This document shows positions 20,701 through 28,156 of a DNA stretch of 64,000 nt, one piece after another. This DNA comes from Elusimicrobiota bacterium (lineage in GTDB: Bacteria > Elusimicrobiota > Elusimicrobia > UBA1565), in assembly GCA_043827405.1 (NCBI GenBank), contig JBDRPD010000053.1, positions 32,001 through 96,000 of the forward strand, read 5' to 3'. The notes below the pieces were generated by a model, which had not been told where the DNA came from, searched no databases, and saw only the letters and a list, made by a program, of their open reading frames with translations. The position numbers and the translations under genes were made by a program. Position 1 is the stretch's first letter. Every line of letters begins with the position of its first letter.

Positions 20701-20802
20701 CTCATCGCTTTCCTCGAATCGCTCTCCGGCGACGAGATTCTCATCGAGCCGCCGGCCACGCCGGGCCCGCGCATTTCGGGCCGGGGGCTGGAGATCAAAT
20801 GA
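17779..20802 (+). CDS. Secreted WD40 + tetrahaem double CCP fusion, copy 7
   Basis: ATGA overlap. Signal peptide, WD40 repeats (repeat 2 degenerate), CASCH/CAACH/CAACH/CLRCH. Confidence 0.92.
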   Translation: MKGALLAVWLAAAGPAGAVETRPLATWKGHTDQVSNAAFTADGAGVLSASDDYSLKLWEVKTGRVKKTIRGENGYQFGLVYYSGGTRSAAVNEALTFKLYDAAAGKTVAVFTGYDKLLNTLVLSPDGRTAAATAWDGELTLWDAATGKKTATLQSGDAASALGIAFSPDGKTLLSGHGDRTVRLWDAASGKPQAVWHGHKRHVLAVAFSPDGKHALSGGKDNTLRYWDAASGRTLAVWRGHTSYVYTLEFSPDGRRALSGGSDFTARLWDTASGELLDTLRGHQGGVLDVAFSPDGTRAVTASEDRTLKLWDLTGKSGPAPDAPDAVSYLPPPPGTPEERLGRLLFFDQRLSGDEFRDCASCHMPEKAYSDGSELSLGYPDTLYFRNTPSLLNLSGQKHLYWDGRFPSDDLASLIRDHIAEAHFMNADGRLIVEKLRQAPGYLQAFQEVYGTEPSYAKILQALTAFVRSLKSGEAPFDRFLAGDARALSRAARRGRQLFNGKGGCAACHSGPLLTDGGLHNRGVPENTRILTEPPRRVSLRRFYKLFGVKDYADLRGDTGLYAVTMRPEDRGKFKTPSLREAALTAPYMHNGMIATLAEAAGLMNPGLSRRERRDLAAFMESLTSGSPAFAYKPPPLPEYAVRPGKEHPPAGKPAPAPAASRREFPPLGPLPPVPVPDDNPLSDEKVELGRLLFFDPRLSGDGSTFCAACHESGMGWGDGSDLSLGYPGMLHWRNSQTLLNAAYYSKLEWDGAWPNLEEQARGAITSNINGNGDPEVIEERLAESPEYMRLFKRAFGVERPNFESVLKALASFQRAVPISRNVPFDRDDLSPAARKGRALFEGKAGCLRCHNGPLASDQGFHATGVPRNPAFDHVALRQVALRYQHVTRGVPEEVYRNADSDPGLYLKTMREEDIGKFRTASLRELKHTAPYMHNGTLATLAAVVDFYDRGGGDTPNKTPLLKPLRLTPQEKLDLIAFLESLSGDEILIEPPATPGPRISGRGLEIK

Positions 20803-23750
20803 AGGCCCTGCTTCTCGCCCTGCTCCTGCCGCCGGCCGCGGCCGCCCAGCCGCCCGTCGCGGTGCTCGAAGGGCATAACGATCACGTATTCCGGGTGCTG
20901 TTCTCGTCCGACTCCCGCCGCGTCATCTCCGCCTCCGAAGACGGCACGGTCAAGGTTTGGGGAGCCGCGGATGGGAACGAAATCCTAACCTACCGCTCGA
21001 CGGAAATCATCGCCGGCTTATTCGCGATCGACGGCATCAAGGTCGCCGTCAACCTAAACGATCACGGCGTCCGCATCCGCGACCTTTTTTCCGGGGAGGA
21101 GACCGCCGCCCTGCGCGGGCTGCCGGACGAACTGCGAACGCTCGCGATTTCTCAGGATGGGCGCCTGGCGGCCACCATTGTCTTCAACGGGCCGCTTCAG
21201 CTGTGGGCGGAAGGCCGTCCCGTTGTTCTGCGCCGGACCGAAGACGCGCACGCTTTTGCCATGGGACAGACCGTGCCGGGCCAGGAACCCTGCCTTGCCT
21301 TCTCCCTGGACGGCAGCGGGCTTTTGGCGGGACTCGGAGACGAGACCCTGCATTTTTTCAATACCGCCTCCGCGCAGCAGATCGCGAGCTGGCGCGGACA
21401 CCGGAATCAGGTGATGGCCGCCGTCTTCTCCCCCGACGGACGCACCGCGCTCTCGGGAGGCAGCGACAATACCATCCGCCGCTGGGACGTCGCGACCGGC
21501 GAAACGCTGGCGGTGTGGCGGGGACATACCAGCCATATTTATTCGCTGGCCTTTTCTCCGGACGGCAAAAAGGCGCTGTCGGGCAGCGCCGATCATACCG
21601 TACGGCTGTGGGACGCCGCTTCCGGCAAGGAGCTCCGCGTCGGCTGGGGGCATCAGGGCATCGTCCGCCACGTCGCTTTCTCTCCTGACGGAAAGCTCGC
21701 GGCTTCCGCCGGCGAGGACCGCGCGGTCATGCTGTGGAGCATGGACGGCTCACGCCGCGCCGCGCCGGCGCAGTCCCCGACGGCGCCGGAGATCGGCAGC
21801 CGCGAAGACCTCGGACGGCACCTGTTCTTCGACCGCCGGCTCTCCGGGGACAGCACGCTCAACTGCGCCGACTGCCATGACCCGCGAAAGCACTACACGG
21901 ACGGGCTCGCGCTCTCTACCGGATACCAGGACACCCTGTATTTCCGCAACACCCCCTCGCTGCTTAATCTGGCGGGGCAGAAACATCTTTACTGGGACGG
22001 ACGCTTCCCGTCCACCGACCTGCCTTCATTGATCCGCGACCATATCGCGGAGGCGCATTTCATGAACGCCGACGGCCGCCTCATCGTGGAGAAGCTCCGC
22101 CAGGCGCCCGGCTACGTCGACGTTTTTCGCAAAATATACGGCGACGAGCCGTCCTACAGCCGCATTCTCGACGCGCTGACGTCCTTTGTGCTCTCGCTCA
22201 AGTCCGCTGATCCCGGGGAGCTCTCCGCCGCCGCCCGGCGCGGTCAACAGCTGTTCGCGGGCAAAGGCGGCTGCTCCGCATGCCACAACGGACCGCTGCT
22301 GAGCGACGGGAAGATGCACGACCGCGGCGTACCGGATAACCCCGAGATTTTCCACGACCCCTTGCGCCGCATATCGCTGCGGCGCTTTTTCAAGCTCCTC
22401 GGCGTCAAAGACTATGCGAGCCTGCGGCGCGACCCGGGGCTCTACGCGATCAGCAAAAACCAGGCGGACGCCGGAAAATTCAGAACGCCCAGCCTGCGCG
22501 AAATCGGCCGCACCGCCCCGTATATGCATAACGGCATGTTCGCGACGCTGGAGGAGGCGGTGCATTTCGAGAATCCCGAATTGGCGGAGCCGGAGCGGCG
22601 CGATATCGTCGCCTTCCTGGAATCGCTCGGCAGCGAACTTCCCGCCGCCTCCATGACGCCGCCGCGCCTGCCCCGCTACGCCGTACGGCCGGCCGGCCCG
22701 CACCCGGCCCCGCCGAGCACCGCCCCCCCGGCCGCGCGCCCTAAAGCGCCGCCGCTCGGTCCGCTGCCGCCGGTCCCGGTGCCGAAAGACAATCCGCTCA
22801 CCGCGGAAAAAGTGGAGCTGGGGAAGCTGCTCTTCCACGACCCGCGGCTGTCGGGCGACGGCTATACCTTCTGCGCCACCTGCCATGCGCCCGCCATGGG
22901 CTGGGGCGACGGCAGCGATCTGGCGCAAGGCTATCCCGGCACGCTGCACTGGCGCAACTCGCAGACCCTGCTTAACGCCGCCTACTACTCGAAGCTTGAA
23001 TGGGACGGCGCCTGGCCGAGCCTGGAAGAGCAGGCGCGCGGCGCGATCACCTCCAACATCAACGGCAACGCCGATCCGACCATGATCGAGGAGCGGCTGG
23101 CGGAGTCGCCGGAATACGTCGAGCTGTTCAAGAAAGCCTTCGGCGTGGAGCGGCCGAACTTCGAGAGCGTACTCAAGGCGCTCGCCTCCTTCCAGCGCGC
23201 GGTACCGATCTCGCGCCATGTCCCGTTCGACCAGGGAACCCTTTCGCCCGCCGCCCGGCGCGGCCGCCGGCTGTTTGAAAACAAGGCGGGCTGCATCGCC
23301 TGTCATAACGGGCCGCTGGCATCCGATCAGGGCTTTCACGCCACCGGCGTGCCCCGCCATCCCGCCTTCGAACACATCGCCCTGCGCCAGATCACCCTGC
23401 GCTACCAGCACGTAACGCGGGGGGTGCCGGAAGAGGTTTATCGGGACGCCGACACCGATCAGGGGCTGTACCTGTCGACGCTGAGGAAAGAAGATATCGG
23501 CCGCTTCCGCACGCCGAGCCTGCGCGAGCTCAAATACACCGCGCCCTACATGCACAACGGCATATTCCAGACTCTCGCCGAGGTGGTGGACTTTTACAAT
23601 GAGGGCGGAGGCGAGACGCCCAACAAGTCGCCCCAGCTCAAGCCCTTGGCGCTCACCGCGGCGGAGAAAGACGACCTGATCGCCTTTCTCGAAGCGTTAT
23701 CCGGCGATGAGATTCTGCTCGCCCCGCCGCCGGCGGAAGACGGCCGCTAG
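20799..23750 (+). CDS. Secreted WD40 + tetrahaem double CCP fusion, copy 8
   Basis: ATGA overlap. Signal peptide, WD40 repeats (2-4 divergent), CADCH/CSACH/CATCH/CIACH. Confidence 0.92.
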   Translation: MKALLLALLLPPAAAAQPPVAVLEGHNDHVFRVLFSSDSRRVISASEDGTVKVWGAADGNEILTYRSTEIIAGLFAIDGIKVAVNLNDHGVRIRDLFSGEETAALRGLPDELRTLAISQDGRLAATIVFNGPLQLWAEGRPVVLRRTEDAHAFAMGQTVPGQEPCLAFSLDGSGLLAGLGDETLHFFNTASAQQIASWRGHRNQVMAAVFSPDGRTALSGGSDNTIRRWDVATGETLAVWRGHTSHIYSLAFSPDGKKALSGSADHTVRLWDAASGKELRVGWGHQGIVRHVAFSPDGKLAASAGEDRAVMLWSMDGSRRAAPAQSPTAPEIGSREDLGRHLFFDRRLSGDSTLNCADCHDPRKHYTDGLALSTGYQDTLYFRNTPSLLNLAGQKHLYWDGRFPSTDLPSLIRDHIAEAHFMNADGRLIVEKLRQAPGYVDVFRKIYGDEPSYSRILDALTSFVLSLKSADPGELSAAARRGQQLFAGKGGCSACHNGPLLSDGKMHDRGVPDNPEIFHDPLRRISLRRFFKLLGVKDYASLRRDPGLYAISKNQADAGKFRTPSLREIGRTAPYMHNGMFATLEEAVHFENPELAEPERRDIVAFLESLGSELPAASMTPPRLPRYAVRPAGPHPAPPSTAPPAARPKAPPLGPLPPVPVPKDNPLTAEKVELGKLLFHDPRLSGDGYTFCATCHAPAMGWGDGSDLAQGYPGTLHWRNSQTLLNAAYYSKLEWDGAWPSLEEQARGAITSNINGNADPTMIEERLAESPEYVELFKKAFGVERPNFESVLKALASFQRAVPISRHVPFDQGTLSPAARRGRRLFENKAGCIACHNGPLASDQGFHATGVPRHPAFEHIALRQITLRYQHVTRGVPEEVYRDADTDQGLYLSTLRKEDIGRFRTPSLRELKYTAPYMHNGIFQTLAEVVDFYNEGGGETPNKSPQLKPLALTAAEKDDLIAFLEALSGDEILLAPPPAEDGR

Positions 23751-23758
23751 AAAGCGGC

Positions 23759-24190
23759 CTACTCTTTCTTCTTGAGCTTCATGCCGCACTTGGGGCATTT
23801 GCCCGGCGCATGCCCTTTATGGCAGCCCATCGGGCAGACGTAAACCTGGCCCGGCTTCTTGTCCTTTTTCTTGAGCAAGCAGCTCTTGCAGGTGCATCCT
23901 TCCTTGCAGCCGCTCTTGGCGTAGGCGGCCTGAATCTTCTCGACCACCGCCTTGTCCTTGGACGTGATGCGGATAATGATACCGTCGGCGGTATTTTCGA
24001 ACTTGGTCTCAGCGCCCTTTATCGACATAGGGCAGACATGAGCGTCCTTCTTGACGAGCTTCCCGTCTTTCGCGGCGGCATGCGCTTCTCCCACGCCGCA
24101 GGAACCGCAATGGGACCATGACGCTCCCGGGGCGCACAGCAGCGCCGCGGCCAAACCGGCGGCGATCCAAAGTCCTTGATATTTTTTCAT
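23759..24190 (-). CDS. Exported Cys/His-rich heavy-metal-binding domain protein
   Basis: Signal peptide, then HCGSC, CPM and CxxxCxCxxC. C-terminal YVCPMGCH..PGKCPKCGMKL matches the YxCPMH...CPxCGM heavy-metal-binding domain of Cu/Ag efflux proteins. Confidence 0.75.
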   Translation of the reverse strand: MKKYQGLWIAAGLAAALLCAPGASWSHCGSCGVGEAHAAAKDGKLVKKDAHVCPMSIKGAETKFENTADGIIIRITSKDKAVVEKIQAAYAKSGCKEGCTCKSCLLKKKDKKPGQVYVCPMGCHKGHAPGKCPKCGMKLKKKE

Positions 24191-24275
24191 GATGAGCCTC
24201 TTTGGTGAAGAATCAAATCCAGTACAGAATAGACGAAGTCTTTCAACGCAAGCTTAACACGGTCTTAATTCCTTC

Positions 24276-24998
24276 TCAACAACACCCCTTGTCCGAGCAT
24301 CCCTCATCCGTACACCCTTTATCCGAGCACCCCTCATCCGTACATCCGCACCCTTTATCCGCGCATCCATGCCCCGAGCCTGCGGGCGGACGAACGGCGA
24401 TAAAAATCGGACAGAGCCCGTCCGCGGTCTTTTCGCCGGCATGGACTTCCTTCATCTTCACCGTCTCCGGCCGGTCGATGACCGCGCCGCGGCCCCGCCA
24501 GTCGATCTTCTGCAGCACCGCCTCCACATGTTCGGACAAGCCGCGGATGACGAGCTTGAGGGTCGGCGAGGCGTGCTCGCTCTGGTAGCGCTCGAGCGCG
24601 ATTCCCAGCCGCAGCATCCCGGCGACGGCCCGGTCTTTCTCCGCGGCGCTCAAACCGTAATGCCCGAGCTGATTTTCCAGCGTCTGGAGAGCTTCCCCCT
24701 CGAGATCGAGCTTAAGCTCCTTGCTGCGCTCGCCCGCGGTTATTTTCACCGCGTCTTTGGGCGTCATGCCGGTCAAAGTAAAAACGTCGCCGAGGTCCTT
24801 GAAGGGAACTTCGCTGACGTCGAGAAAGACCAGGCGGCAGTTGCCGTTGATCGCGGTAAACAGATCGGTCGTATAGTTGAAACAGCCGATAACGGCATTG
24901 GCCAGAAAGCCGTCCACGTCTTTCTCCGGCTTCGCTTCCCAATCTTTTCCGATCAGCTCTTGCAAAACGGAAACCGGTATCTTCCCGACCACTGCCAT
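24276..24998 (-). CDS. Hypothetical protein with a metallothionein-like Cys-rich repeat tail
   Basis: ATG at 24998 preceded by GGGAGGGG (SD-like). C-terminus GCADKGCGCTDEGCSDKGCTDEGCSDKGCC. Confidence 0.7.
   Translation of the reverse strand: MAVVGKIPVSVLQELIGKDWEAKPEKDVDGFLANAVIGCFNYTTDLFTAINGNCRLVFLDVSEVPFKDLGDVFTLTGMTPKDAVKITAGERSKELKLDLEGEALQTLENQLGHYGLSAAEKDRAVAGMLRLGIALERYQSEHASPTLKLVIRGLSEHVEAVLQKIDWRGRGAVIDRPETVKMKEVHAGEKTADGLCPIFIAVRPPAGSGHGCADKGCGCTDEGCSDKGCTDEGCSDKGCC
24283..24368. repeat. Degenerate 15-bp tandem repeat (about 5.5 units) encoding C-x-D-[EK]-G
   Basis: Units: CACCCCTTGTCCGAG / CATCCCTCATCCGTA / CACCCTTTATCCGAG / CACCCCTCATCCGTA / CATCCG / CACCCTTTATCCGCG / CATCC. 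Confidence 0.9.
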
Positions 24999-25078
24999 AA
25001 GCCCCTCCCGGACGCAAGAGTTCCTCCTTCGCGTCGGCACACTCTTTGTATCATATCTTCCGGCCGCATTCCGAAGCC

Positions 25079-28000
25079 ATGCCCAGCATTCACGCCGCCA
25101 TAACGGCCTTTCTGTTCGCACTGCTCGCGCCCCGCACCCTGGCGGCGGAGAGCGCGCTTATCGGCACGCTGGAGGGCCATACCGATCACGCCGTCAACGC
25201 CTATTTCACGCCGGACGGGAAACAGTTGCTGACCATCGGCGAAGACCATACGGTCCGCCGCTGGGACGCCGCCTCCGGCGCCGAGCTCGTCGTCCACAGA
25301 TTCCACGATCCCGTTTCAGGCCTGTTCTATAAGGACGGCTACAAAGCCGCGGCCTTCCCGGAGCCCCACCGCCTGCAGATATGGAACCTCGCGACGGAAA
25401 AGCTGTTCGCCGACATCGAGGACTACAACGGCAAGATCCGGACTTTTCTTCTCGCACCGGATGGGCGCACCGCCGCGCTGCTGTCCTGGCAGGGAGAGGT
25501 TTCGCTGTGGGACCTGGACAAGCTCGACAGAATTGCGGTCCTCAACAGCGACCAGAAAGAGCGCGCCTGGTCCATTTCCCTCTCCCCGGACGGCCGGCAC
25601 CTGTTCGCCGGCGCCGGCGAGAAGGCGCATGTCATCATGCGGTGGGAGCTCGGCACCGGCAAGCTGCTGAGCTCCTGGACCGGACATACCAACAAAGTCC
25701 GCGACATCGCCTTCACTCCCGACGGCGCCAAGGCGCTCTCCGCCAGCGCGGACCATACGCTGCGGCTATGGGACATTTCCTCCGGCAAGACGCTGGCCGT
25801 CTGGAAGGGGCATACCAGCCAGATCTGGGCCGTCGACATCTCTCCCGACGGGAAGCGCGCGATATCGGCCGGCGCGGACTACGCCGTACGGCTATGGGAG
25901 GTGGAGACCGGACGTCAGCTGGCGGCCTGGTGGGGACATCAGGCCATCGTCCGCGACGTCACGTTCTCCCCCGACGGCACGCTGGCGGCCTCCGCGAGCG
26001 AGGACCATACGGTAAAACTCTGGAACGTCGAGGGACACGCGCGCATCGCCGCCTACCCCATACCTGAGCCGCCGCCCCCGCTCCCCGCGGGGCCGGGCAC
26101 GCCCGAAGAGCGGCTGGGGCGCATGCTGTTTTTTGATCAGCGGCTTTCCGGCGACACCCACCGGGACTGCGCCGTCTGCCACGCTCCCGAACTGGCCTTC
26201 GCGGACGGCCTGGAGCTGTCTTTGGGCGCGCAGAACGTGCTGTATTTCCGCAACACCCCTTCGCTCTACAACCTCGACGAGCTGAAGCTCCTTTATTGGG
26301 ACGGCCGCTTTCCCGCCGACGACCTGCCATCGCTGATCCGCGATCACATTTCCGAGGCGCATTTCATGAACGCCGACGGCCGCCTTATCGTGGAAAAGCT
26401 GCGCCAGGCGCCCGGCTATATCCGCGCCTTCCAGGAGGTATACGGCGAGGAGCCTTCCTATACCAAGGTCCTCGCCGCGCTGACCGCCTTCGTCCGTTCC
26501 ATCAAATCCGGCGCGTCGCCCTATGACCGGTATTTGGCCGGCGACGGCGACGCCCTGTCTCCCGCCGCCCGTCGAGGCTACGAGCTGTTCCTGGGCGATG
26601 CCGGATGCGCCCCATGCCATAGCGGCCCCATGCTCACGGACGGCAAGCTGCACGACCGCGGAGTGCCGGAGAACGAAGAGATCTACGATTCGCCCATGCG
26701 CCTCATATCGCTGCGCCGCTTCTTCAAGCTCCTCGGCGTAGAGGACTACGCCAATCTCCACCGCGACGTGGGCTTCTACGCTATATCGAAAAAACAGGAG
26801 GACATGGGCCGGTTCAGGACGCCCAGCCTGCGTGAAGTCGCACGTACGGCGCCGTACATGCATAACGGCCTGCTGCCTTCGCTCGATGACGCCGTTGCCC
26901 ACCAGAATCCGCGGCTGAGCCCGAGCGAGCGAAAAGACATCACGGCTTTCCTGGAATCTCTCACCAGCGCCACCACCGCCTATGTCTCCCCGCCGCTTCC
27001 GCGTTATGAACTGCGCCGTCGTGCCGCGGACAAGAGAACCGCGGCCGCCGCCGCTGCGGCAGAGGAACCGAAGTCCGCCTTTCCGCCCCTGGGCCCGCTG
27101 CCCCCGCCGCCGGTCCCTGCGGACAACCCGCTGACCGAGGAAAAAATCGAGCTCGGCAAGTTCCTGTACTTCGACAAACGTCTCTCGGGCAACGGCTACA
27201 CGTCCTGCGACACCTGCCACGAGCCGCCCAAAGGCTGGGCCGACGGCAGCGACCTGGCGCAAGGCTACCAGGGCACGCTGGACTGGCGCCATGCGCAGAC
27301 CTTGCTCAACGCCGCCTATTACACGAAGCTGGAATGGGACGGCGGCCAGCCGACCCTCGAGCAGCAGGCCAACGGAGCGATCACCTCGAATATTTCGGCC
27401 AACGGCGATCCGGAGATGATCGAGGAGCGGCTCGCCGCCACCCCGGAGTACGTCGCCATGTTCAAAAAGGCCTTCGGCGCCAAGCGCCCGACCTACGAGA
27501 ACGCGCTGAAGGCGATCGCATCTTTTGTCCGCGCCGTTCCGGTATCGCGCAACGTGCCGTTCGACAAGGGCGCTCTTTCCCCCGCCGCCCGGCGCGGCCG
27601 CAAGCTGTTCGAAGGCAAAGCCGGCTGCATCCAGTGCCACAACGGGCCGCTGGTCTCCGCTCAGGGATTTCACGCCACCGGCGTCCCCCGCAACCCCGGC
27701 CTGGACCACCTGCTGCTGCGGCAGATCACCGTGCGCTTTATGCATTCCAGCCGCGGCGTGCCGGAGGACATCTACCGGAACGCGGACTCCGATCCGGGCC
27801 TATACCTCAACACCCTGCGCCAGGAGGATATCGGTAAATTTCGCGCCCCGAGCCTGCGCGAGCTAAAGTACACCGCGCCGTATATGCATAACGGCATATT
27901 CCCGACGCTGGAAGCGGTGGTGGACTTTTACAATAAGGGCGGAGGCGAGACGCCCAACAAGACCCCGCTCCTTAAACCCCTGGAGCTCAACGCCGGCGAG

Positions 28001-28156
28001 AAACAGGACCTGATCGCCTTTCTGCTGTCTCTCAGCGGCGACGAAGTGCTGATCACGCCGCCGCTCATTCCGCGCTTCCACCCCGGTCATGGAGACGACG
28101 ATGACGAGAAGGAGGACCCGCATGCGGGCCGGGACGATGACCATAATGCGCATTGA
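25079..28156 (+). CDS. Secreted WD40 + tetrahaem double CCP fusion, copy 9, with His/Asp-rich tail
   Basis: ATG at 25079 gives signal MPSIHAAITAFLFALLAPRTLA. CAVCH/CAPCH/CDTCH/CIQCH. Tail HPGHGDDDDEKEDPHAGRDDDHNAH. Confidence 0.9.
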   Translation: MPSIHAAITAFLFALLAPRTLAAESALIGTLEGHTDHAVNAYFTPDGKQLLTIGEDHTVRRWDAASGAELVVHRFHDPVSGLFYKDGYKAAAFPEPHRLQIWNLATEKLFADIEDYNGKIRTFLLAPDGRTAALLSWQGEVSLWDLDKLDRIAVLNSDQKERAWSISLSPDGRHLFAGAGEKAHVIMRWELGTGKLLSSWTGHTNKVRDIAFTPDGAKALSASADHTLRLWDISSGKTLAVWKGHTSQIWAVDISPDGKRAISAGADYAVRLWEVETGRQLAAWWGHQAIVRDVTFSPDGTLAASASEDHTVKLWNVEGHARIAAYPIPEPPPPLPAGPGTPEERLGRMLFFDQRLSGDTHRDCAVCHAPELAFADGLELSLGAQNVLYFRNTPSLYNLDELKLLYWDGRFPADDLPSLIRDHISEAHFMNADGRLIVEKLRQAPGYIRAFQEVYGEEPSYTKVLAALTAFVRSIKSGASPYDRYLAGDGDALSPAARRGYELFLGDAGCAPCHSGPMLTDGKLHDRGVPENEEIYDSPMRLISLRRFFKLLGVEDYANLHRDVGFYAISKKQEDMGRFRTPSLREVARTAPYMHNGLLPSLDDAVAHQNPRLSPSERKDITAFLESLTSATTAYVSPPLPRYELRRRAADKRTAAAAAAAEEPKSAFPPLGPLPPPPVPADNPLTEEKIELGKFLYFDKRLSGNGYTSCDTCHEPPKGWADGSDLAQGYQGTLDWRHAQTLLNAAYYTKLEWDGGQPTLEQQANGAITSNISANGDPEMIEERLAATPEYVAMFKKAFGAKRPTYENALKAIASFVRAVPVSRNVPFDKGALSPAARRGRKLFEGKAGCIQCHNGPLVSAQGFHATGVPRNPGLDHLLLRQITVRFMHSSRGVPEDIYRNADSDPGLYLNTLRQEDIGKFRAPSLRELKYTAPYMHNGIFPTLEAVVDFYNKGGGETPNKTPLLKPLELNAGEKQDLIAFLLSLSGDEVLITPPLIPRFHPGHGDDDDEKEDPHAGRDDDHNAH

